A DNA stretch of 64,000 nt from Candidatus Gastranaerophilales bacterium (GTDB lineage: Bacteria; Cyanobacteriota; Vampirovibrionia; Gastranaerophilales; JANQFW01), in the NCBI GenBank assembly GCA_028280605.1, contig JANQLL010000205.1:12725-76724 (forward strand), in the 5' to 3' direction. Positions within the stretch are counted from its first letter, which is position 1; each line of letters starts with the position of its first letter. The notes beneath the pieces are model-generated. The model was not told the origin of the DNA. It saw nothing but the letters and a program-made list of their open reading frames with translations, and ran no database searches. Below are positions 50,370-59,676 of this stretch, piece after piece. The translations under genes and the position numbers were made by a program.

Positions 50370-51398
50370 ATGGTTAAAGTTGCTATAAACGGTTTTGGCA
50401 GAATAGGTAGAAACACCTTTAGAGCTGCTGTTGCAAACGGTTCTTTTGAAAAAGTTCAATACGTGGCTATCAATGATCCTGGTTTAAAACCAGCTGATGC
50501 TGCTTATCTTTTAAAGTATGACTCAGTAATGGGTAGATTTGAAGGTGAAGTTAGCGCTACTGAAAATGGTATAATGGTTAACGGTAAAGAAGTTCTTTTA
50601 TATGCAGAAAAAGCTCCTGCTGCTTTACCTTGGAAAAAGCTTGGTGTTGAAGTTGTTATAGAATCAACCGGATTCTTTACTGATGCTAATAAAGCTAAAG
50701 CTCACATCACAGCAGGAGCTAAAAAGGTTATCATTTCAGCTCCTGCTAAAAACGAAGATATTACAATTTGTTTAGGTATAAATGAAGAGCAATATGATCC
50801 TGCTAAGCATGATGTAATTTCTATGGCTAGCTGTACAACAAACTGTTTAGCTCCAATCGCTAAAGTTCTTAATGACGAGTTTGGCATTGTTGAAGGTTTA
50901 ATGACAACAATTCACTCTTACACAGGTGATCAAAGAATCTTAGATGCTGCTCATTCTGATCCAAGAAGAGCTAGAGCTGGCGCTGTAAACATTGTTCCTA
51001 CTTCAACTGGTGCTGCTAAAGCTATTGGCTTAGTATTACCTGAGTTAAAAGGTAAATTAAACGGCTTTGCTATGAGAGTCCCAACTCCAGACGTAAGTAT
51101 TGTTGACTTAGTAGTAACAACTAAAAAGCCTGTTACTGCTGATTCTGTTAATGCAGCTATGAAAAAAGCTGCTGATTCTGACAAGTTAAATGGCATTTTA
51201 AATTATGAAGAAACTCCATTAGTAAGTTCTGACTTTATTGGAACAAGCTACAGCAGTTCTTTAGACGCTAAATTAACAATGACAATGGGCGACAACATGA
51301 TTAAATTAGTATCCTGGTATGATAATGAAATGGGATACAGCACAAGACTTTCTGAATGTGTTGAGATGGTTGCTAACAAGTTAACAAGCGCAGTATAG
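50370..51398 (+). CDS. gap: Glyceraldehyde-3-phosphate dehydrogenase
   Basis: MVKVAINGFGRIGR and SCTTNCLAP active-site motifs. The start is chosen at the ATG preceded by a GAGG SD. Confidence 0.95.
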   Translation: MVKVAINGFGRIGRNTFRAAVANGSFEKVQYVAINDPGLKPADAAYLLKYDSVMGRFEGEVSATENGIMVNGKEVLLYAEKAPAALPWKKLGVEVVIESTGFFTDANKAKAHITAGAKKVIISAPAKNEDITICLGINEEQYDPAKHDVISMASCTTNCLAPIAKVLNDEFGIVEGLMTTIHSYTGDQRILDAAHSDPRRARAGAVNIVPTSTGAAKAIGLVLPELKGKLNGFAMRVPTPDVSIVDLVVTTKKPVTADSVNAAMKKAADSDKLNGILNYEETPLVSSDFIGTSYSSSLDAKLTMTMGDNMIKLVSWYDNEMGYSTRLSECVEMVANKLTSAV

Positions 51399-51424
51399 TG
51401 ATAAAGTTTTAAACAAATAAAAAA

Positions 51425-51451
51425 GGGGCGGGGTCTTCTCACCCCTTTTTT
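51425..51451 (+). terminator. gap terminator
   Basis: GGGGT-cttctc-ACCCC followed by TTTTTT, preceded by an A run. Confidence 0.7.
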
Positions 51452-51492
51452 ACTTTTACTGAATAAAATAGTTTTATATAAATTTAGAGGAA

Positions 51493-52281
51493 TTGAAAAT
51501 GGGAAGAAAACCAATTATTGCAGGAAACTGGAAATTAAACAAATTAACAGGTGAAGCTGTTGCTATAGTTGAAGATATTAAAGCTAAACTAGATAAAGTT
51601 GATTCTGCCAGCTTACCTGAAGTTGTTGTTTGTCCGGTATTTACATCTTTACAGGCAGTATCTAGCATACTAGAGCATGGCAAAAATATCAGATTAGGTG
51701 CTCAAAATTGCTACTACAAAGATTCTGGTGCTTTTACAGGTGAAGTTTCTTTACCTATGTTAAAAGACCTTTGTGTAACTGATGTAATTATCGGTCACAG
51801 CGAAAGAAGAGAATATTTCTCAGAATCGGATAAAATGGTTAACCTAAAAGTTAAAGCTGCTCTTGCTAATGAAGTAACTCCTATTATTTGCGTTGGCGAA
51901 AGCTTAGAGCAGAGAGAAGAAGGTGTAACTGATGATCATATTGCAAGTCAGGTTAAAAAAGCTTTAGAAGGTCTTAATGCAGCAGAAGTTGGAAAAGTTG
52001 TTTTTGCTTATGAACCTATTTGGGCAATTGGTACAGGTAAAACTTGTGATTCTGTTGAAGCTAACAGAGTTATTAAAATGATCAGATCAGTTATTGCTGA
52101 TGTTTCTAACGCTGGTATTGCTGCTTCTGTAAGAATTTTATACGGCGGAAGCGTAAAGCCTTCTACTATTGAAGAGCAAATGGCTCAATCTGATATTGAC
52201 GGCGCTTTAGTTGGCGGTGCAAGCTTGGATGCTGAAAGCTTTGTTGGTATTATTACAGGTTCAATGAAAACTAAGGTTTAA
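51493..52281 (+). CDS. tpiA: Triosephosphate isomerase
   Basis: IAGNWKLN, GHSERR and AYEPIWAIGTG motifs. Confidence 0.95.
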   Translation: MKMGRKPIIAGNWKLNKLTGEAVAIVEDIKAKLDKVDSASLPEVVVCPVFTSLQAVSSILEHGKNIRLGAQNCYYKDSGAFTGEVSLPMLKDLCVTDVIIGHSERREYFSESDKMVNLKVKAALANEVTPIICVGESLEQREEGVTDDHIASQVKKALEGLNAAEVGKVVFAYEPIWAIGTGKTCDSVEANRVIKMIRSVIADVSNAGIAASVRILYGGSVKPSTIEEQMAQSDIDGALVGGASLDAESFVGIITGSMKTKV

Positions 52282-52287
52282 TTTGTT

Positions 52288-52950
52288 ATGTCTATAACAA
52301 AAATCAAATCTGTAAAAACTATAAAAGATAATGAGATTCAGTTGTTTTCGACTGAATCTCATCAATTTTTTGATAAAACTTTGCTTTATATTGGTGTTGT
52401 GCACGGGGATGAGCAAGAAGGCGAGTTTTTAGTTTATAATTTGATGGACGAAATTAAAAAAGACATTAATCTTATCAATAATAACAGAGTTTTATTTATT
52501 CCTGTTTTAAATCCTGACGGAAAAGACTTGAATACCAGAGGTAATTCTAACGGGGTTGATATTAACAGAAATTTTCCTACACAAAATTGGAAAAAATCTG
52601 AAATTATTGATAAATATTATTCAGGTCCTGCTCCTGCCAGTGAAATAGAGACACGTTTTATTATTGATATAATTGAATCTTATAAGCCTGATTTAATAAT
52701 AACATTTCATACACCTTATAAAGTTGTTAATTATGATGGTCCTGCGCAAGATATTGCAAAATTAATCTCCAGCTTGAATAATTATCCTGTACAGGAAGAT
52801 ATTGGATATCCTACGCCCGGATCATTTGGTACGTATGCCGGTATTGAAAGAAATATTCCAACTATAACATTAGAGCTGCCGGAAGATGTTGGGCAAAATA
52901 CTTTATGGACCGAAAACAAAAAAGCTCTTATTGAAGTATTAAAATATTAA
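52288..52950 (+). CDS. M14-family zinc carboxypeptidase/amidase (MpaA-like)
   Basis: HGDEQEG (zinc ligands H..E), NPDG and DINRNFP motifs. Confidence 0.7.
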   Translation: MSITKIKSVKTIKDNEIQLFSTESHQFFDKTLLYIGVVHGDEQEGEFLVYNLMDEIKKDINLINNNRVLFIPVLNPDGKDLNTRGNSNGVDINRNFPTQNWKKSEIIDKYYSGPAPASEIETRFIIDIIESYKPDLIITFHTPYKVVNYDGPAQDIAKLISSLNNYPVQEDIGYPTPGSFGTYAGIERNIPTITLELPEDVGQNTLWTENKKALIEVLKY

Positions 52951-53204
52951 AAAAGAAAAAAGGGCTGGAAATCGAGTCCCAACCCTAATTGGATTTCTAC
53001 CCCAAAAGAATTACAAGTTATCATTTTTAGGATTTAGAATGTTGTTTAGGCCTATTTATAAGCCTATCTTTCCCTTGTCTAATTTTCACAAAAAAAAATA
53101 TATATACTTATCTACATAATAGTCTCTCTTTCTATAGCTGTTAACAAGTAATACCAATAATAGCATTACTACTACTCTTTATTATTAAATAAATTCAGGG
53201 CTAC

Positions 53205-53270
53205 TATATTGCTCATCAATTAAGTTCAGGATAACTCTTCACAGAGTAAAGCCTGATTTAATCGTATAGA
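53205..53270 (+). repeat. Dispersed TTTCAGATTA hairpin element, degenerate copy f
   Basis: tatattgctcatcaattaagttcaggataactcttcacagagtaaagcctgattta. Confidence 0.55.
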
Positions 53271-53333
53271 CCATGATAAAATAATCCAATAATCTCGTTA
53301 TATCTCTTCTTTTTCTTATCTCTATTAATTATA

Positions 53334-53375
53334 GCCTACTTATATAAAAACAAAAAAACATATAAAATTGCCAAT
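53334..53375 (-). promoter_or_regulatory. Paralog-array upstream motif, orphan copy 1 (no gene downstream)
   Basis: gcctacttatataaaaacaaaaaaacatataaaattgccaa matches the motif upstream of each array gene. Confidence 0.5.
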
Positions 53376-53551
53376 TTTCTAAAAAATTAATTAAAAAAAT
53401 CAATAACCTAAAACTCCTGAAATTAATCAGGAGTTTTTAAATATACCAGGAGTAAATGTATTAGTATCACAATGGGCAATGGTCAATGAATACTAATACT
53501 TACAAATAAACTTTAGTTATATCAAAAGAAAAGAAAGGTGATGACCACCAC

Positions 53552-53986
53552 CTAAAAGTGAACAGGCTCAGAAATTTTTTCCAAAGTTTCAAATGTCTCG
53601 TGTTCTTCTTTTTCTCCAGCCTTAACAGCTATATCACCAAGAGAAATTAACCCGACTAATTCATTTTCTTGATTAACTATAGGAATTCTTCTTACCTGGT
53701 TTTTCTGCATTTTATTGATCGCACTCTCAATATCGTCATCTTCAAAACAAGTAAATACTTTTTTATTCATAAATTCTTTTAATTGAGTCGTATCAGGATC
53801 TTTTTCATTTAATACTGTATACAAAGCTATATCTCTATCAGTTACTATGCCCTGTACCTGATTACTTTCATTAACAACAGGAGTTACCCCACAGTTTTGC
53901 TCTTTCATAATTAACACAGCATCTTTTATTGTACATTCGGGTGTACAGCTTTTTATATTATGGCTCATTACTTTTTTACATTTCAT
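53552..53986 (-). CDS. CBS-domain pair protein
   Basis: 144 aa with two CBS repeats (GIVTDRDI, GLISLGDI). Confidence 0.85.
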   Translation of the reverse strand: MKCKKVMSHNIKSCTPECTIKDAVLIMKEQNCGVTPVVNESNQVQGIVTDRDIALYTVLNEKDPDTTQLKEFMNKKVFTCFEDDDIESAINKMQKNQVRRIPIVNQENELVGLISLGDIAVKAGEKEEHETFETLEKISEPVHF

Positions 53987-54152
53987 GATAACTATTCTCC
54001 TTTTTTTATTTTATTTTTTTAAAAATTTTTATTGTTTATAAAAAATTAAAAAAAATGAAATTAAAAAAAATATTATCACTTAGCTAATTTTAAAACATTA
54101 GTATTTATGTTTAATGCAAAAGAATAAAATCCGCTCCCATGAATTAATAAAA

Positions 54153-54180
54153 CAAAAAAAAAGCAGTTCTAAGAACTGCC
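54153..54180 (-). terminator. Terminator of array gene P1
   Basis: GCAGTTC-taa-GAACTGC, with a T run on the minus strand. Confidence 0.65.
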
Positions 54181-54224
54181 CATTAAGCTTTATTTTACTT
54201 CGACTTTAATATATATAAATTAAC

Positions 54225-55535
54225 TTAAGCATTTTTGAACCAAACATCGTCAACTCTTTGTTCTTTTCCTGCGCCATCCGTATATGTTCCAACTTGTCTA
54301 TGTTGAACATCACCGGTAGCAGCTTGTTCTTTATATCCTTTTGTATTAATTGTTTTTATATCATTTCCAAGTGCTTCAGGGTTAGTAACGTTATCTTCGC
54401 TAATTAAGCCTAATTCACCTTTTCCGTCTTTTTGCAGTGCTTGGTTAAACAATTGAGCGTTAACTACTCCTTTGTCATCAATAACATCCAGCCCCGATGC
54501 TTTTTCTGCACTCTGAGCAACTTGATTTAACGCATCAAAGCCATTTGCGGCCTCAACAGGCTTGTTTGTATACGGATCAACTGTTTTATCTCCAAATACT
54601 TCTGTTCCGTCAATTTTACCGTTTTTATTTACATCGCCCATTGTAAGCATTTTGTCACCGCCAACAGCCGCACCATCAGCTTTGCCATCTCCATTTATAT
54701 CAACGCCTTGCCCCTGTTGGGCACTAACTTTACCATCTTTATTTCTATCAAGTATTAACGGTGAACCTGTATCATAATCGCCATTTACTGTTGATACACC
54801 ATAACTGTCAGTACTGACTGTGCCATCATCTACTTCTAAATTGTTATTTCCATCTTCTACTTTTACAACTGTTTTATAGTCATCATCCTTTCTATGTTTG
54901 TACAAATGATATCTGTTATCATCTTTTCCTTCTGCAATAAGATATTCAGGCGCACCATTTTTAGCATCTCCGGTTAAATCGTTGCTTAGCGCATATTCTT
55001 TTTCATCTCCGGTAAGCTTGTCTATCAACGGACTATATCCCGTGCCAGTAGTTGTAGTATCGTTAGTAGTACCACCAGTCGTTGTATCAGTACCAGTTCC
55101 TGTTGTTCCTCCGCCGGTTGTTGTATCGTTACCGGTACCTGTTGTACCTCCACCGGTTGTTGTATCATTACCGCTTATCGTACTGTTGCCACCAATTCCG
55201 CCGAATAAGGCACTTAAATCAAAATTACTACCTGAGTTTACACTTGTATTTCCTTGAACAACATTAGTTCCACCCAGATTTGTATTTGATTGATTTTGAA
55301 ATAATGAATCACCAATGCTATTATTTGCTTGAACAACATTAGCTCCGCCAAAATTTGTATTCAATTGATTTTGAAATAATGAACCTAATGAGTTTCCAAT
55401 ACTATTGTTTGCTTGAGCAACATTAGCTCCGCCAAAATTTTGATTCATTTGGTTAAGACTTTTATTTAATTGTTGAAAACTTGACTTTAGCTTATTGGAA
55501 TATAACTTAGATAAGTCCCCCATAGAAATAGTCAT
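54225..55535 (-). CDS. Array paralog P1: repeat-rich N-terminal half plus conserved C-terminal EF-hand-like Ca-binding domain
   Basis: 436 aa with no signal peptide and a GAGGAGAG SD. The C-terminus SPLILDRNKDGKVSAQQGQGVDINGDGKADG...GDVNKNGKIDGTEVFGDKTVDPYTN...VDDVWFKNA is shared with P2-P4. Confidence 0.85.
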   Translation of the reverse strand: MTISMGDLSKLYSNKLKSSFQQLNKSLNQMNQNFGGANVAQANNSIGNSLGSLFQNQLNTNFGGANVVQANNSIGDSLFQNQSNTNLGGTNVVQGNTSVNSGSNFDLSALFGGIGGNSTISGNDTTTGGGTTGTGNDTTTGGGTTGTGTDTTTGGTTNDTTTTGTGYSPLIDKLTGDEKEYALSNDLTGDAKNGAPEYLIAEGKDDNRYHLYKHRKDDDYKTVVKVEDGNNNLEVDDGTVSTDSYGVSTVNGDYDTGSPLILDRNKDGKVSAQQGQGVDINGDGKADGAAVGGDKMLTMGDVNKNGKIDGTEVFGDKTVDPYTNKPVEAANGFDALNQVAQSAEKASGLDVIDDKGVVNAQLFNQALQKDGKGELGLISEDNVTNPEALGNDIKTINTKGYKEQAATGDVQHRQVGTYTDGAGKEQRVDDVWFKNA

Positions 55536-55784
55536 TAATTCTCTCCTCTTTTCTTCTCTCTCTTAATTATGTCTCTCTTTTAAATTTATCTATCAGTAAA
55601 AATATTCACAAAAATAATCTTCTCTAAATAATTCATTATTAATGTTCTTGCTAAATTATTTGATTTAATTATTTTTTTTAAAACTTCTCTCTCTAAGGTG
55701 AAAAATCTGCATAATTATACTTTATAATAAAAGCATTCTATCTCTGGTTATACTAAACGTTCTAATATTCTCAATTTAATCTCT

Positions 55785-55825
55785 TATAAATATATAAAAA
55801 CAATAAATCATAAAAAATTGCTATA
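55785..55825 (-). promoter_or_regulatory. Paralog-array upstream motif, copy 2 (upstream of P1)
   Basis: tataaatatataaaaacaataaatcataaaaaattgctata. Confidence 0.55.
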
Positions 55826-55864
55826 TATTTTTAAATCTGGTAAATAAGTATGATTAACAAAAAA

Positions 55865-55903
55865 ACTTAGAAAGATAAGCCCTCCTCGTTTTGCGGAGGG
55901 CCT
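55865..55903 (-). terminator. Terminator of P2
   Basis: GCCCTCC-tcgttttgc-GGAGGGC hairpin, with a U-rich tail on the minus strand. Confidence 0.65.
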
Positions 55904-55926
55904 TATATATAAACTAAGCAAGAAAT

Positions 55927-57045
55927 TTAAGCATGTTTAAACCAAACATCATTAACTTTTTGCTGGTTTCCTTGAGTATCTATATATGATCCAAGTTGTC
56001 TATGTTGAATATTACCCGTAGCATTTTGCTCTTTATAGCCTTTTGTATTTATATATGCAACATCTCCAAGAGCTTCAGGCTTAGTAACGTTATTGTCACT
56101 TATTAAGCCTAAATTTCCTTTTTTGGCTTGCTTAAGAGCTTGGTCAAGCTTTTGAACATCCACTTTTCCATTTGGATCTACAATGTTCAGTCCAGTGGCT
56201 TTTGAAGCACTTAGAGCAACTTCTCTGAGTGCTTCAAAGCCGTTACGTGCATTAATAGGTTTATTAGTGAACGGATTTACAGTTTTATTTCCAAATACTT
56301 CTGTTCCATCTATCTTACCGTTGCCATTTCTGTCACCTAAGGTTAACATCTTATCTCCGCCGCTAGCTGCACCATCAGCTCTGCCATCTCCGTTTATATC
56401 AACGCCCTGTCCATGTCGAGCACTAACTTTACCATCTTTATTTGTATCAAGTATTAATGGAGAACCGGTTTTAGAGCCTTGGCCTGCTTTTGATACGCCG
56501 TGTTCATCAGTTGTGATATTTTTAGGCTTTAACTTATTACTTCCTTTTGGCAATTTGGTTACAGCCTTATACTTTCCACCATTACCTTTATATAAGTGCT
56601 GCTTACCATCTTTGCCTTTAGCTATAAGATACAGAGGCTCACCTTTGTTATTCTTAGCCGTTAAGTCAACGCTTAAAGCGATTTCTTTTTCTTTTGCGCT
56701 AAGTTGATCTATTAACGGGCTATGTCCAGGTTTAGGTTTTGCAGGCTCTGTTGGACTTGGTTTAGAACTAGGTGCCTTGTGGTTACTGCCACAAAGTAAA
56801 TTTATGATGATATTTATATTTATGTTAGTAAAATCTAATTTTGCAGGAGGTTCTTTAGCTCCTGATAAATTACCAATATTTATAGTTGGTTTAAATACAT
56901 TTGTGATTCCCGCATTTTTGTTAAAAAGTGTTTTGCCGCTACCATAGCTACTATTACTTTGATTAACATTTTTTCCCCCAATATTTTGATTTAGCTGTCT
57001 CACAATTGATGAGGGATCAGCAATATTGATCCTGGTGATACTCAT
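55927..57045 (-). CDS. Array paralog P2
   Basis: 372 aa. The family N-terminus is MSITRINIADPSSIVRQLNQNIGGKNVNQ, with the boxes FKPTINIGN and NININIIINLLC. The conserved C-terminal Ca-binding domain ends VNDVWFKHA. Confidence 0.85.
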   Translation of the reverse strand: MSITRINIADPSSIVRQLNQNIGGKNVNQSNSSYGSGKTLFNKNAGITNVFKPTINIGNLSGAKEPPAKLDFTNININIIINLLCGSNHKAPSSKPSPTEPAKPKPGHSPLIDQLSAKEKEIALSVDLTAKNNKGEPLYLIAKGKDGKQHLYKGNGGKYKAVTKLPKGSNKLKPKNITTDEHGVSKAGQGSKTGSPLILDTNKDGKVSARHGQGVDINGDGRADGAASGGDKMLTLGDRNGNGKIDGTEVFGNKTVNPFTNKPINARNGFEALREVALSASKATGLNIVDPNGKVDVQKLDQALKQAKKGNLGLISDNNVTKPEALGDVAYINTKGYKEQNATGNIQHRQLGSYIDTQGNQQKVNDVWFKHA

Positions 57046-57123
57046 TAGAACTCTCCTCTTCGTCTCTTCTTTCCCGTGCTTGGGCTTATATTTCTATATT
57101 CATTTCTCTATAATTTTTTTCAA

Positions 57124-57168
57124 CTGGCCTATTTATATAAAAACAATGTAGTATATAAAATTGCTATA
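57124..57168 (-). promoter_or_regulatory. Paralog-array upstream motif, copy 3 (upstream of P2)
   Basis: ctggcctatttatataaaaacaatgtagtatataaaattgctata. Its distal end is part of a perfect 28-bp palindrome at 57161..57188. Confidence 0.55.
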
Positions 57169-57216
57169 AAAAATATTTTTTATAGCAATAAACAAATAAA
57201 TTCTAATTAAAATCTT

Positions 57217-57249
57217 TAAAAAAAGTCCTCCCAATTAAGAGGAGGACTC
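57217..57249 (-). terminator. Terminator of P3
   Basis: AGTCCTCC-caattaaga-GGAGGACT with a flanking A/T run. Confidence 0.7.
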
Positions 57250-57281
57250 TATCTATAAATAAAGCACGTTATTGATTTTAA

Positions 57282-58550
57282 TTAAGCATTTTTGAACCAA
57301 ACATCATTAACTTTTTGTTTTTGTCCGCTGCCGTCTGTATAAGATCCAAGCTGTCTGTGTTGAACATTACCGCTAAGCGGACCGCGATCTGTATATCCTT
57401 GAGTATCTACGGACTTTACATCACCAAGAGCTTCAGGTCTTGTAGTGTTATTTCCGCTAATCATTCCTAATTTACCCTTTTTAGTAGCCTGAAGAGCCTG
57501 ATTAAGTTTTTGCATATCAACTTTACCGTTTGGATCAACTATTTGCATGCCTGTAGCTTGTTGAGCACTTTGTGCAACTTTTCTAAGCGCTTCAAATCCA
57601 TTCTTTGCATTAATAGGCTTGTTAGTGAACGGATCTACCGTTTTATCCCCAAAGACTTCTGTTCCATCAATTTTACCGTTTCCATTTCTATCGCCTAAAG
57701 TAAGCATTTTATCTCCGCCGGTAGCTGCACCATCAGCTCTGCCATCGCCATTTACATCTACGCCCATTCCATGTTGCGCACTAACTTTACCGTCTTTATT
57801 TGTATCAAGTATTAATGGTGAACTTGTTTTTGAACCTGAGCCGGCTTGCGATACACCATGTTTATCAGTTGTGATATTTTTAGGTTTTAATTTTCTGCTG
57901 CCATCAGGTGCACTTCCAACAGGTCTGTACTTTCCAGGTTCCTTTTGGTGATACAAACGATTCTTGCCATCTTTACCTTTTCCAATAAGATATTTAGGCT
58001 TTCCATCAGGTCCTTTTTCTTTTAAATTAAGACCTCTGGCAAGCTTTCTATCTTGTGGACTAAGTTTATTTAATAACGGTGAGGTTCTTCTGCGTCTTCT
58101 AATAGTTCTGGGTTTATTTGTTGTACCGGTTGGAGATCCTGTATTACCCGTATTACCCGTATTACCGGTATTGCCAGTATTACCTGTATTACCAGTTTGG
58201 TCTTTAAGACCTTTACAAAGTAAATTTATAATTAAATTTATATTTATAGTTGGGGATTTACCATCACCTGATTGATTTGGTAATCCTCCAGTATTCTTAG
58301 AAGTATCATTATTATTTGTTAATCCGCCAATATTTATAGAGGGCGAATTACCTACACCTGCTTGATTTTGCAATCCTCCAATGTTTATAGTCGGCTTAAA
58401 TACATTTTTGAATTTAGGTCCTCTATGCTTATGACCGTGAGCCTGATTATGATCAGGACCGACAATATTTTGGTTAACAGTCTTGCCCCCAGTATTTTTA
58501 TTTATCAATTTTACTAAAGGCGATTGATTAGCCGTTGAAATATTAATCAT
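57282..58550 (-). CDS. Array paralog P3
   Basis: 422 aa. It has the family N-terminus, a (GNT)x6 linker and an RRRR patch. The C-terminal domain is nearly identical to that of P4. Confidence 0.85.
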   Translation of the reverse strand: MINISTANQSPLVKLINKNTGGKTVNQNIVGPDHNQAHGHKHRGPKFKNVFKPTINIGGLQNQAGVGNSPSINIGGLTNNNDTSKNTGGLPNQSGDGKSPTININLIINLLCKGLKDQTGNTGNTGNTGNTGNTGNTGSPTGTTNKPRTIRRRRRTSPLLNKLSPQDRKLARGLNLKEKGPDGKPKYLIGKGKDGKNRLYHQKEPGKYRPVGSAPDGSRKLKPKNITTDKHGVSQAGSGSKTSSPLILDTNKDGKVSAQHGMGVDVNGDGRADGAATGGDKMLTLGDRNGNGKIDGTEVFGDKTVDPFTNKPINAKNGFEALRKVAQSAQQATGMQIVDPNGKVDMQKLNQALQATKKGKLGMISGNNTTRPEALGDVKSVDTQGYTDRGPLSGNVQHRQLGSYTDGSGQKQKVNDVWFKNA

Positions 58551-58680
58551 TAAACTCTCCTCTTCGTCTCTTATCCAGTCTTGCGCTCTAAATCTCTAGT
58601 AAATCTTATTTACTTAAGTTCTCTCTATATAATTTTGCTAATCTTATTAAATCTCTCTCTATATATATTCTCTCTAAGAA

Positions 58681-58725
58681 CTTGCCTATCTATATAAAAA
58701 CAAACAAAGGTATAAAATTGCTATA
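58681..58725 (-). promoter_or_regulatory. Paralog-array upstream motif, copy 4 (upstream of P3)
   Basis: cttgcctatctatataaaaacaaacaaaggtataaaattgctata. Confidence 0.55.
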
Positions 58726-58803
58726 TAACATATTTTTTTAATTAATAAATTAAACTAATAAAGGCATAATCTACTACCTGGTAAGATTTTAAGTGTCGTA
58801 CAT

Positions 58804-58833
58804 AAAAAAAAATCCCCCAAAAATAGGAGGATT
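58804..58833 (-). terminator. Terminator of short array gene S1
   Basis: AATCCCCC-aaaaat-AGGAGGATT (one mismatch) with a flanking A run. Confidence 0.6.
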
Positions 58834-58896
58834 ATATATTTGCAACTAAGAATATTATTATTCTGCTTGAAGAAAAGTACCTTTGAGTTTATCTGA

Positions 58897-59418
58897 TTAA
58901 GCCATTTGAGGAAATATATTTATATTTACATTGTTATCCCGGCAGGCTTTTGCAGGCAAGTTTTGTGGCTGAGAATCACTACAAAGGCAAGGGGAATTTT
59001 GAAATATATTTATATTTACATTGTTACCCTGACAGGCTTTTGAAGGGGAAGTTGGGGAATTTTGAGATTGTATATTATTATTAGTGCCAGATCCATTTTG
59101 AAATATATTTGCATTATCATTATTGTTAGTATTATTACTGCCGTTATTATTATTAATATTGATATTATTATTGTTTACATTAAAAATATTATTAATATCC
59201 TGTTTTGGAGTTGATTTGCTTGGAGTAGAAAGACCTTTAATAAGATTCTTCAATCCTGATTTTAATGGTGAATTAGCAGGCTTTTTCTTGGGTTTAAATA
59301 TATTTTTACCACTAAAAACAGGTTTCTTTCTAGTAGGCTTTTTTCGCCTTGGAGGTCTTTTTCTGCCCATAAATTTCTTAAAAATGTTTGTATTAAAAAC
59401 TTTCTTGCCACCGCACAT
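58897..59418 (-). CDS. Array short member S1: basic N-terminus, Asn-rich, repeated NIF/NINI boxes
   Basis: The start is set at MCGGKK (GAGGAGAA SD 6 nt upstream). KKPVFSGKNIFKPKKKP resembles the family FKNVFKP box. It has no C-terminal Ca-binding domain. Confidence 0.6.
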   Translation of the reverse strand: MCGGKKVFNTNIFKKFMGRKRPPRRKKPTRKKPVFSGKNIFKPKKKPANSPLKSGLKNLIKGLSTPSKSTPKQDINNIFNVNNNNININNNNGSNNTNNNDNANIFQNGSGTNNNIQSQNSPTSPSKACQGNNVNINIFQNSPCLCSDSQPQNLPAKACRDNNVNINIFPQMA

Positions 59419-59676
59419 TAATATTCTCCTCAATCTCTCTGTTTATTGCTAACGCTATTATTAATTATTATTTATGGCATGATTAATGCCAATCATATGC
59501 TAACATTGTTAATTAATATTATTTTTATAATATTGACACTAATAACATGCCAATATTAATATTGAATATGCTAAAATTATTATTAATACTCTCCTTGATA
59601 ATATTTCTATCTCTTATTAGAAGTATGCTAACATTATATTAATATTGTTTATGTAACTCTCTATATCTTTAAAATA

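Noticed and set aside
58681-58725. Reading the TTGC of the array motif as a sigma-54 -12 element.
   Set aside because: A GG at the -24 position exists in only one copy, with the wrong spacing (9 instead of 10 nt between GG and GC).
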